Positions 47,050 through 54,214 of a stretch of 54,547 nucleotides of DNA are shown here, piece after piece. A model generated the notes under the pieces. It was not told where the DNA came from. It worked only from the letters and a program-made list of their open reading frames with translations, and searched no databases. Positions within the stretch are counted from its first letter, which is position 1. Each line of letters starts with the position of its first letter. This DNA is from Peptococcales bacterium (lineage in GTDB: Bacteria; Bacillota; Peptococcia; Peptococcales; BICA1-8): positions 1 through 54,547 of the forward strand of contig JBMNUR010000002.1 of assembly GCA_050946395.1 (NCBI GenBank), written 5' to 3'. The position numbers and the translations under genes are program-made.

Positions 47050-48267
47050 ATGCGGATAATTGGTATTATAGCAGAATATAATCCATTTCACCTTGGTCAC
47101 CTTTATCATTTGACTGAGGCAAAAAAAAATAGTCAAAGTGAGGGAGCTATTGCCATTGTAAGTGGTAGCTTTCTACAAAGGGGTGAACCGGCAATTGTGG
47201 ATAAATGGGTGCGTACTGAAATGGCACTTAAAGCAGGTATTGATTTAGTTTTAGAGCTACCTGTAGTTTTTGCCTGTCGAAGTGCTCATTGGTTTGCTCA
47301 AGGTGGGGTAAAATCTCTAGCTCAAACTGGTATAGTTTCCCATTTGGCCTTTGGGGCAGAAACCAACCATTTACCCCAACTAAAAATGATCGCCACAAAG
47401 TTACATAATGAAGATGCCATCTTCAGCCAAACTCTAAATACTTATTTAACAGCCGGAAATTCTTACCCTATGGCCAGAAGCCTTGCATTAAGAAAATTGA
47501 TACCTAACGAAAATATTGATGGTTTACAACTTGAAAAGCCAAATAATGTCTTAGCTTTAGCCTACTTAAGAGTATTAGAGGAAATTAATTCTTCTATTGA
47601 ACCTTTGTTAATAAAGAGAGTTGGTGATTATCATGAACTATCACCCATAGCAGGTATTGCAAGTGCTAGTTCCATTCGCCATCTTATTATCAACCGCAAT
47701 CCCACTTGGACCCAATATTTACCGAAAACCTCAAGTAATATATTATTAAAACAATTTAAAGATGGCAAAAACCCTATAACCCTTAATTCCCTGGAGCAGG
47801 CAATACTGGCTGTTATTAAACGGATGAGCCTAGATGATTTGAAAAGAATTATCGAAGTCACAGAAGGCTTAGAAAATCGCCTTAAAGAAATAATTCAAGA
47901 AACAAATAGTCTGGAAAAACTACTTGCAGAGCTAAAAACTAAACGCTACACCTATACTAGAATGCAAAGGCTTATAATCCATGCTTTTCTAAACTTTACA
48001 CAAGACTTGAGTACAACTGAGCCCCAATACTTAAGGATTCTGGGGTTTAACCGTAAGGGTCAGGAACTTTTAAGATTAATAAAGCGGGGTAGTAATCTTC
48101 CGATCATTACTAAATTCGCCCGAGGTTATCAAGAAGTTTCTGAACAAGGTCGAAAAATGCTGGACTTGGAAGTGCTAGCCACAGATCTATATAATTTAGG
48201 TTTTGCTAAAGCAGAACATCGTTTGGGAAGACAAGATTTCTATCGGTCACCGGTGATTGTGGACTAA
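47050..48267 (+). CDS. tmcAL: tRNA(Met) cytidine acetate ligase (YlbM/UPF0348 nucleotidyltransferase)
   Basis: IIAEYNPFHLGHLYH (HxGH motif), 405 aa. ylbM-like position next to ylbK/ylbJ homologues. Confidence 0.8.
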   Translation: MRIIGIIAEYNPFHLGHLYHLTEAKKNSQSEGAIAIVSGSFLQRGEPAIVDKWVRTEMALKAGIDLVLELPVVFACRSAHWFAQGGVKSLAQTGIVSHLAFGAETNHLPQLKMIATKLHNEDAIFSQTLNTYLTAGNSYPMARSLALRKLIPNENIDGLQLEKPNNVLALAYLRVLEEINSSIEPLLIKRVGDYHELSPIAGIASASSIRHLIINRNPTWTQYLPKTSSNILLKQFKDGKNPITLNSLEQAILAVIKRMSLDDLKRIIEVTEGLENRLKEIIQETNSLEKLLAELKTKRYTYTRMQRLIIHAFLNFTQDLSTTEPQYLRILGFNRKGQELLRLIKRGSNLPIITKFARGYQEVSEQGRKMLDLEVLATDLYNLGFAKAEHRLGRQDFYRSPVIVD

Positions 48268-48300
48268 TTACGTTTATTCAGTGATGGGTTGAGTGGGCGC
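48268..48300 (+). repeat. 3'-end word block TTACGTTTATTCAGTGATGGGTTGAGTGGGCGC
   Basis: Starts at the first nt after the tmcAL stop. Aligns with 53119-53154. Confidence 0.65.
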
Positions 48301-48353
48301 GAAAATAATTTTTTATTAAACCACGGGATTCTTGACGGGGCACACGGATAATA

Positions 48354-49169
48354 TTAATAGTCCACTCTTGCACTCTTCCACTGTTCCTTATCCTTAAAAA
48401 TAGCTATCTTCTGATTAATTTCATCCAGTACTTCTCTACAGGCCATTCGACCCATTTCAATAAAATGACCGGCTGCATTAAAATCTGTCCAATTATAATC
48501 ACTTACTCTAGGTTTTACAATAATATCCGTATAACTTGTATAATAATTGCTTACTTGACGTTCCAATAATTCAATGGATTGCATAATTACATCAAATATA
48601 CTAGTAATTTCTACTTTTTCTCTATTATAGAATTGTAAATCAACAGATATTACAATATCTGCTCCCATCTCCTGTGCTAATTGAGCCGGTACTCGATCAC
48701 AGACTGCACCATCCACTAAAATACGACCATCCCATTGATAAGGCTCTACCACTCCGGGAACAGCAATGCTGGCTCGTACAGCATTAGCTACATTACCTTC
48801 TTTGAAAACTATCCGTTCCCCACAAACCAAATCGGTGGCTACAACACCTACAGGTATTTTTAGTTCCCCAAAATTATAATTATGGGTCATTAACCTAAGC
48901 AAGGCATGAGCTTTTTTACCTTTAACAAGACCCCATTTAGGAATCACTAGGTCAATAAAATGAGAATTATTTAGCTCCAGTGCTAATTTTTCCATCATGC
49001 TTAGTTGAGCACCTGCTGCGTAAATGGAACCAATAGCAGCACCCATGCTAGAGCCGGTAATAAGATGAATTGGTATTTTAGCCTCTTCTAAAACTTGTAA
49101 TACTCCTATATGGGCTAGCCCTTTAGCACCGCCAGCCCCAAGAGCTAAACCTATTTTTGGCCCCGTCAT
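48354..49169 (-). CDS. patatin-like phospholipase (YlbK-like)
   Basis: GAGGAKG oxyanion motif, GSSMG nucleophile elbow, and DGA(V) motif. ATG 49169 lies 4 nt after AAGGAGTGA. Confidence 0.85.
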   Translation of the reverse strand: MTGPKIGLALGAGGAKGLAHIGVLQVLEEAKIPIHLITGSSMGAAIGSIYAAGAQLSMMEKLALELNNSHFIDLVIPKWGLVKGKKAHALLRLMTHNYNFGELKIPVGVVATDLVCGERIVFKEGNVANAVRASIAVPGVVEPYQWDGRILVDGAVCDRVPAQLAQEMGADIVISVDLQFYNREKVEITSIFDVIMQSIELLERQVSNYYTSYTDIIVKPRVSDYNWTDFNAAGHFIEMGRMACREVLDEINQKIAIFKDKEQWKSARVDY

Positions 49170-49274
49170 ATTCTCACTCCTTCCTTTATATAAGATGTAT
49201 AACATATTTCCTAATAAAATACATATATATTTACATATAATAATAGGAATTTTTCCTAGAAGGTGGAATAAACA

Positions 49275-50453
49275 TTGCGGCGAAATATTTTTTACAGTAT
49301 TTTAGCCTTTTTAGGGTTATTTTTAGCTGGGGCTATGATCCTTCATCCCCAGTCCACTTTTCAGGGAGCTTTATACGGCTTAAAAACTTGGGCCTTAGTC
49401 TTAGTACCCGCACTTTTACCTTTTATTATAATTTCCGATATTTTAGTAGAATTGGGTGTAGTACGACTTTTAGGAGTTCTTTTGGAGCCTTTAATGCGTC
49501 CTCTCTTTAAGCAACCAGGGGAAGCAGGATTTGTAGTAGCAATGGGATTTACTTCAGGATTTCCAATGGGAGCCGTTCTTACCAACACACTTTATGAAAA
49601 AAATCTTCTTACACGAGAAGAAGCCGGAAGGTTATTGGCCTTCACCAACAACTCGAGTCCCCTATTTTTACTGGTAGCCATTCCGGTGGGCATGTTTAAT
49701 AATCCTCATCTGGGAGTTATTCTTTTATTAGCCCATTATGGTGCAAACCTTTGTCTTGGTTTAATATTAGGAATATTTGGAAATAATAATAAAAAAATAT
49801 CCTTTCAGGGTTCTTTAGTCAAAAAAAGCCTGAAAGAACTTATTGGGATACAAAAAAATGCAAAGCCACTAGGAAGTCTCTTAGGTAGTGCAGTCAATAA
49901 ATCCATCCAAAATATGCTTACCATCGGAGGCTTTGTGATTTTCTTTGCAGTATTAATAGAAGTATTTAAAGAAACAAATTTATCGTATTTTTTGACCCTC
50001 TTTTTTAGTAAGATTCTTGTATTAATTGGAGTAAACCCCATACTCGGTGAAGGTATTACTACCGGTTTTTTTGAAATGACCTTAGGAGCACAAAAAGTTG
50101 CCCAAATTAATGTTTCCTTAATCCAACAGCTAATGATCGTTAGTCTCATTTTGGGCTGGAGTGGTCTTTCCATTCAGGCTCAAGTAACAAGTATTGCAGC
50201 TAGAAATAATTTACCGATAAGTTATTATTTAGGTGGACGGTTTTTTCAAGGTATTTTAGCAATGTTCCTTACATTGTTACTTTTTAAACCTCTAAGTAAT
50301 ATTATTCCTGCTAGTAAATTTAATTTTTTTCCTCAAGAAAACATTACTTTTTTTAATTATTACACTTTTAGCTTTGGAGCAGCCCTTGTAGTAATATTCA
50401 TCTTGCTGGTTCTATCTGGAATTTGGCGTATCATTTTGCATGTAACAAAATGA
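49275..50453 (+). CDS. ylbJ: sporulation integral membrane protein YlbJ
   Basis: 392-aa polytopic protein with nucleoside-recognition-like halves. TTG start lies 7 nt after AAGGTGGA. Bacillus ylbJ-ylbK synteny. Confidence 0.75.
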   Translation: MRRNIFYSILAFLGLFLAGAMILHPQSTFQGALYGLKTWALVLVPALLPFIIISDILVELGVVRLLGVLLEPLMRPLFKQPGEAGFVVAMGFTSGFPMGAVLTNTLYEKNLLTREEAGRLLAFTNNSSPLFLLVAIPVGMFNNPHLGVILLLAHYGANLCLGLILGIFGNNNKKISFQGSLVKKSLKELIGIQKNAKPLGSLLGSAVNKSIQNMLTIGGFVIFFAVLIEVFKETNLSYFLTLFFSKILVLIGVNPILGEGITTGFFEMTLGAQKVAQINVSLIQQLMIVSLILGWSGLSIQAQVTSIAARNNLPISYYLGGRFFQGILAMFLTLLLFKPLSNIIPASKFNFFPQENITFFNYYTFSFGAALVVIFILLVLSGIWRIILHVTK

Positions 50454-50523
50454 AATGAATAATCACCATATTACCTCCCAGAGGAAGGCATTGTAAGTGA
50501 TACAGTAGTGCTTTCGATTTTTT

Positions 50524-50550
50524 CGTACCCACGTCTTAACGAATAGACGA
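50524..50550 (-). repeat. 3'-end word block (minus sense TCGTCTATTCGTTAAGACGTGGGTACG)
   Basis: Starts at the first nt after the stop of the 163-aa gene. Confidence 0.65.
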
Positions 50551-51042
50551 TTAACCCACATTCTCCTTTGTCACCTTTTCTGCGGATTGTTTAGTTTGTA
50601 AAACTTGCTTGATCTGCTGTCTGCCTTCTTTTAATACCTGGGAATGCTTTTCTAAATGAGCTTGTATCTGTCCCATTATTTCATCAGCAAAACTAAATGC
50701 TCCTTGGGTAATTTCTAGGGCTTGGGTTTTAGCATTTTTCAAAATCTCCTGACTATTTTGTTCAGCCATCCTTTGAATTTCTGATTCACTGGCTAATTCG
50801 CGAACTTTATCTTTAGCATTTTCGATTATCTTTTGTGCCTCTAACTCAGCGTCATCAAGTAATCTCAACCTTTCTTTTTTTACCCATTGAGCTTGTCTAA
50901 TATCTTCCGGTAAAGTAGCACGCAATCGATCAATATATTTATAAATTGCTTCATCTTGAATAACTATTTTGTTTGTTAAAGGTATTCTGGCACATTCCTC
51001 TAGTTCCGCTTCCATTTCATCTAAAATCCTATAAACCTCCAT
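50551..51042 (-). CDS. coiled-coil protein of unknown function (ATP-synthase-b/V-ATPase-G-like heptads)
   Basis: 163 aa, predicted mostly helical and rich in charged residues. ATG 51042 lies 5 nt after GGGGAGGA and 1 nt after the rsmD stop. Confidence 0.6.
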   Translation of the reverse strand: MEVYRILDEMEAELEECARIPLTNKIVIQDEAIYKYIDRLRATLPEDIRQAQWVKKERLRLLDDAELEAQKIIENAKDKVRELASESEIQRMAEQNSQEILKNAKTQALEITQGAFSFADEIMGQIQAHLEKHSQVLKEGRQQIKQVLQTKQSAEKVTKENVG

Positions 51043-51043
51043 T

Positions 51044-51604
51044 TTAATCCTCCCCATTTAACTGATAATAAGTTATTTTTGTATCTCCATACTTATCTTC
51101 TCTTACCTTAAATAATTTTTTATAACCTTGGGTGAGTTGGGTAGTTAAATCTGTTTCGGCTATAACTATAGCCCCTTTAATTAATAATTCCAGACTAACC
51201 AATTCTTTTAAAATATTATCAATTATCATTAATTTATATGGTGGGTCTAAATAAACCAAATTAAATTTATATCTATTTTTATGAAGCAACTTTAAGGCAT
51301 GTCCATAGTCTGTAGGGTATACTTGTGCATATTCTTCAAGCTGACAATTAAGTAAATTCTCTTGTAAAACTTTTATGGCTTTTTTTTCTTTTTCAACAAA
51401 AACTGATAATTTTCCACCTCTACTCAGGGCTTCAATTCCCATGCTTCCAGTACCGGCAAATAAATCCAGAAAAACAGCATTCTGAACTTTAAAGTTCAAT
51501 ACATTAAATATTGCTTCTTTCACCCTATCTGCAGTAGGACGTGTAGCCAGTCCTTTAACACTTTTTAAATTTCTACCTCGACATAAACCTGCAATAACTC
51601 GCAT
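51044..51604 (-). CDS. rsmD: 16S rRNA (guanine966-N2)-methyltransferase
   Basis: RPTADRVKEAIFN, DLFAGTGSMGIEALSRG and DPPY motifs. Confidence 0.9.
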   Translation of the reverse strand: MRVIAGLCRGRNLKSVKGLATRPTADRVKEAIFNVLNFKVQNAVFLDLFAGTGSMGIEALSRGGKLSVFVEKEKKAIKVLQENLLNCQLEEYAQVYPTDYGHALKLLHKNRYKFNLVYLDPPYKLMIIDNILKELVSLELLIKGAIVIAETDLTTQLTQGYKKLFKVREDKYGDTKITYYQLNGED

Positions 51605-51750
51605 TATTTTACCTCTTTTACTAAAATATAGTATATCATATAAATTAAATATTTGACTTAAATAACCTTAAATAACCTCTAATATCTTTAAAAAAATTGC
51701 ACAAACTAATATTAGAATTTAATTTCTCCCTAAGTGCTTTTCTTCCTCTT

Positions 51751-51780
51751 ATCCGCGGTAAAATCCTGCGGATTTTTTTT
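51751..51780 (+). terminator. plus-strand rho-independent terminator with no plus-strand gene upstream
   Basis: AUCCGCGG-UAAAAUC-CUGCGGAU followed by U7. Confidence 0.55.
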
Positions 51781-51804
51781 AAAAGTGGGAATTTTAGAAA
51801 GCTT

Positions 51805-51840
51805 AAGAGCGTGGCTAAAAAGACCACGCTCTTTTTTATT
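51805..51840. terminator. bidirectional terminator hairpin
   Basis: AAGAGCGTGG-loop-CCACGCTCTT with a T-run on the plus side. On the minus side it starts 2 nt after the stop of the 57-aa ORF. Confidence 0.6.
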
Positions 51841-52009
51841 CACCGGGATAAATTTCATATCTAGGTCTTGGATTATTGGCAAATCGTGCAGTATCCGGAT
51901 TTACTTTTTTCTGAGTTTGTTTGGTATCTGTAACATATAAATCTCTTCCAAATTCCGTATCTCTTCGAGTTTTACTGGAAAGAAAATCTTGACGTCTTGT
52001 TCTTCTCAA
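51836..52009 (-). CDS. small basic protein, 57 aa, unknown function (absent from ORF track)
   Basis: GAAAGGAGGT + 7 nt + TTG. MRRTRRQDFLSSKTRRDTEFGRDLYVTDTKQTQKKVNPDTARFANNPRPRYEIYPGE. A terminator hairpin follows directly. Confidence 0.55.
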   Translation of the reverse strand: MRRTRRQDFLSSKTRRDTEFGRDLYVTDTKQTQKKVNPDTARFANNPRPRYEIYPGE

Positions 52010-52131
52010 TTATTTTACCTCCTTTCTTTAATTTAAATTTAGTTTACCCAAAGAAAATTAAATTAACTCATTGCATACTAATCTTGAAACTGGAAACAAT
52101 TAACGTAAGGAAATTTTTAAGGAGGTTAATA

Positions 52132-53118
52132 ATGGGAAGATTAGATATTTGTAAAGGTCTGGGTATCAGCTTAGATTTAGCTTTAGAGGCTCATGATGCA
52201 ATAAGAGGTACAAGAGGTGGAGAAATTCCGGGCGTTAGTTTACATGATGAGTCTTTTGATATTGCTAATGTAAAGATAGTTCAAGTTCTTAATCAACATG
52301 GTGCATCAATCATAGGTAAGCTTCCCGGAAAATATATTACTATTGAATCCGATGTTTTAAGAATTAATAATAAAGCTTATCACCAAGAATTAAGCCATAT
52401 TTTAGCACAAAAATTAAAAGATGTGTTGCCTTTTAAAAATGAAAATGACAGTGTATTAATTGTCGGGTTAGGTAATTGGAATGCAACCCCTGATGCGTTA
52501 GGCCCGAAAGTAGTTGAAAAAAGTATGGCAACAAGACATCTGTATGGTAAAGTACCTCAAGAATTAACAAATGGATTACGCTCTGTAAGTGCTATTGCTC
52601 CAGGTGTCTTAGGTATAACTGGCATAGAAACTGCTGAAATAATCAAAGGTATAGTTGAAAAAACAAATCCTAATGTAATTATTGCAATCGATGCTCTAGC
52701 TGCGGGTGACGTAAGTAGAATTGGTGCAACAATTCAAATTGCCGATACCGGAATTAATCCCGGTTCTGGAGTAGGTAATAAAAGAATTGGACTTAACCAA
52801 GAAACAATGGGAATACCTGTAATAGCTATTGGTGTTCCAACCGTTGTCCATGCAGGTATTATTGCAAATGATATTATTGAAAATTTTGTCCAACAAATGA
52901 AACAAAGACCACCTCTCACAGAATTAACAAAAGAATTACATCCACCAATGCTTAAAATGATTATTGATCAAGTATTACAGCCCTATAGCAATAGTTTAAT
53001 GGTCACACCTAAAGAAATAGATGACTTAATTGAAAACACTTCTAAAGTAATCGCTATGGCTTTAGCCGAAGCACTTCATCCGGCAATGCCCGAAGAAGTT
53101 GCTAATTATCTCCATTAA
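52132..53118 (+). CDS. gpr: germination protease GPR
   Basis: LGNWNATPDALGP and DALAA motifs. 328 aa from ATG 52132, which lies 5 nt after AAGGAGG. A CATACTA -10-like box sits at 52074-52080. Confidence 0.9.
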   Translation: MGRLDICKGLGISLDLALEAHDAIRGTRGGEIPGVSLHDESFDIANVKIVQVLNQHGASIIGKLPGKYITIESDVLRINNKAYHQELSHILAQKLKDVLPFKNENDSVLIVGLGNWNATPDALGPKVVEKSMATRHLYGKVPQELTNGLRSVSAIAPGVLGITGIETAEIIKGIVEKTNPNVIIAIDALAAGDVSRIGATIQIADTGINPGSGVGNKRIGLNQETMGIPVIAIGVPTVVHAGIIANDIIENFVQQMKQRPPLTELTKELHPPMLKMIIDQVLQPYSNSLMVTPKEIDDLIENTSKVIAMALAEALHPAMPEEVANYLH

Positions 53119-53154
53119 ATTCGTTTATTCGTCTATTCGTGGGCGAGTTGGCGC
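53119..53154 (+). repeat. 3'-end word block ATTCGTTTATTCGTCTATTCGTGGGCGAGTTGGCGC
   Basis: Starts at the first nt after the gpr stop. Confidence 0.7.
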
Positions 53155-53221
53155 AAACACGTATAAAACCCATAAAATACATTTTGATTTCACTCGATTA
53201 CGAAGTTAAGTTTGATGACCT

Positions 53222-53250
53222 TGTCGGCAAACTGGGTCATCTTTCTAATA
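53222..53250 (-). pseudogene. relic of an alpha/beta SASP 3' end
   Basis: TCGGCAAACTGGGTCATCTTTCTAA matches TCGGCAAACTGGATCATCTTTCTAA of the intact gene (53394-53418) at 24 of 25 positions. It would encode RKMTQFAD. Confidence 0.6.
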
Positions 53251-53280
53251 AGAAGCAGGAGACAAAAATATCTCTCCTCG

Positions 53281-53301
53281 CTTCTCCCTTCTCCCTTCTT
53301 G
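53281..53301. repeat. (CTTCTCC)x3 heptamer array
   Basis: Read directly. Confidence 0.8.
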
Positions 53302-53304
53302 CAC

Positions 53305-53340
53305 AATTAAACAAAGCAGATGTATTTCTACACCTGCTTG
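53305..53340 (-). terminator. terminator after the distal SASP gene (usable from both sides)
   Basis: AAGCAGGUGUA-GAAA-UACAUCUGCUU followed by UGUUUAAUU. Confidence 0.7.
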
Positions 53341-53359
53341 TTAATTAATCTTTTTTAAT

Positions 53360-53578
53360 CTATTGTTGTGGTTGTTGTCCGGAAAGTTGTTGTTCGGCAA
53401 ACTGGATCATCTTTCTAACCATATATCCACCAACATAACCGTTTTCACGAGATGTTAATGAACCTTTATCAATGTTTTGATAATTAGTCATACCTAGTTC
53501 GTTAGCTACCTCATATTTAAATTTATCAAGGAATGGAGCTGCACCTTGAACCGCGGGCTTATTAGTATTACGTGCCAT
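53360..53578 (-). CDS. alpha/beta-type small acid-soluble spore protein
   Basis: KFKYEVANELG (GPR site E-V-A-N-E-L) and SRENGYVGGYMVRKM signatures. Confidence 0.95.
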   Translation of the reverse strand: MARNTNKPAVQGAAPFLDKFKYEVANELGMTNYQNIDKGSLTSRENGYVGGYMVRKMIQFAEQQLSGQQPQQ

Positions 53579-53617
53579 TTCTGTTTCACCTCCTTGTTTA
53601 AGGATTCCTAAAGAATA

Positions 53618-53842
53618 TTATCTAAGTGTACCACCACTATTCATTAATTGTTGTTCAGCAAATTGAACCATTTTTCTAACCATATATCCGCCAACATAAC
53701 CGTTTTCGCGGGATGTCAATGAACCTTTATCAATTGTTTGATAGTTTGTTAAACCTAGTTCATTAGCAACTTCATATTTGAATTTATCCAGAAAGGCTGA
53801 TGCACCTTGTACTGCAGGTGTATTAGTATTTCTGCTTGCCAT
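53618..53842 (-). CDS. alpha/beta-type small acid-soluble spore protein
   Basis: Tandem paralogue of 53360-53578 carrying the same two signatures. Confidence 0.95.
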   Translation of the reverse strand: MASRNTNTPAVQGASAFLDKFKYEVANELGLTNYQTIDKGSLTSRENGYVGGYMVRKMVQFAEQQLMNSGGTLR

Positions 53843-53872
53843 TTTATTTTCACCTCCTCTCTTTAGTAGTAC

Positions 53873-53901
53873 TAGTTTGTGTTTTTTGAAATATTTTATT
53901 C
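53873..53901 (-). promoter_or_regulatory. sigma-G-type forespore promoter of the SASP genes
   Basis: Minus-sense GAATA-17 nt-CAAACTA, compared with the GHATR-N17/18-CATXHTA consensus. Confidence 0.6.
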
Positions 53902-53919
53902 TAGTATTATTTACCTAAC

Positions 53920-54039
53920 TTATTTGGAATTATCTGTCTTGTTTTTTTGTTTTTTCAAATTATTATTAAGACCCATTTCTTGTGCAACTTCGTATTTAAA
54001 TTTATTAAGATTAGTTTTCTTTTCTTTTTTATGAGCCAC
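53920..54039 (-). CDS. 39-aa truncated SASP-like protein (absent from ORF track)
   Basis: GGGAGGTG + 5 nt + GTG. MAHKKEKKTNLNKFKYEVAQEMGLNNNLKKQKNKTDNSK. It keeps the KFKYEVAxExG box and lacks the GGxMVRKM box. A CAAACTA box lies upstream at 54058-54064. Confidence 0.5.
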   Translation of the reverse strand: MAHKKEKKTNLNKFKYEVAQEMGLNNNLKKQKNKTDNSK

Positions 54040-54102
54040 TTTGACACCTCCCTATCTTTAGTTTGCATTTTTTTTAAAAAAATTATAAAGTAAATTTTAG
54101 AC

Positions 54103-54164
54103 AATTAAATTGGCCACAGATTTACAAAGACAATCATGATGCTTGCATAATGATTGTCCGTGTA
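54103..54164. repeat. 62-nt near-perfect hairpin
   Basis: GCCACAGATTTACA (54103-54116) pairs with TGTAAATCTGTGGC (54151-54164). GACAATCAT (54119-54127) pairs with ATGATTGTC (54140-54148). Confidence 0.8.
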
Positions 54165-54197
54165 AATCTGTGGCTTAAAAAATTAAAACCAGCATTG
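54165..54197 (-). terminator. rho-independent terminator after recG
   Basis: CCAGCAU-AUUCA-AUGCUGG followed by UUUUAAUUUUUU. Confidence 0.8.
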
Positions 54198-54214
54198 AAT
54201 ATGCTGGTCATTTT

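Noticed and set aside
51645-51940. 60-aa minus-strand and 68-aa plus-strand track ORFs between rsmD and gpr
   Set aside because: Both read straight through one or two intrinsic terminator hairpins and lack SDs. The real small gene here is the 57-aa ORF at 51836-52009.
52030-52131. Confident sigma-F/sigma-G promoter call for gpr
   Set aside because: A CATACTA -10-like box is present at 52074-52080, but I found no convincing GHATR -35 at a spacing of 17-18 nt. I mention it in the gpr evidence only.
53139-53348. 69-aa plus-strand ORF between gpr and the SASP genes
   Set aside because: No SD. It runs through the 3'-end word block, the SASP relic (antisense), the CTTCTCC array and the terminator hairpin.
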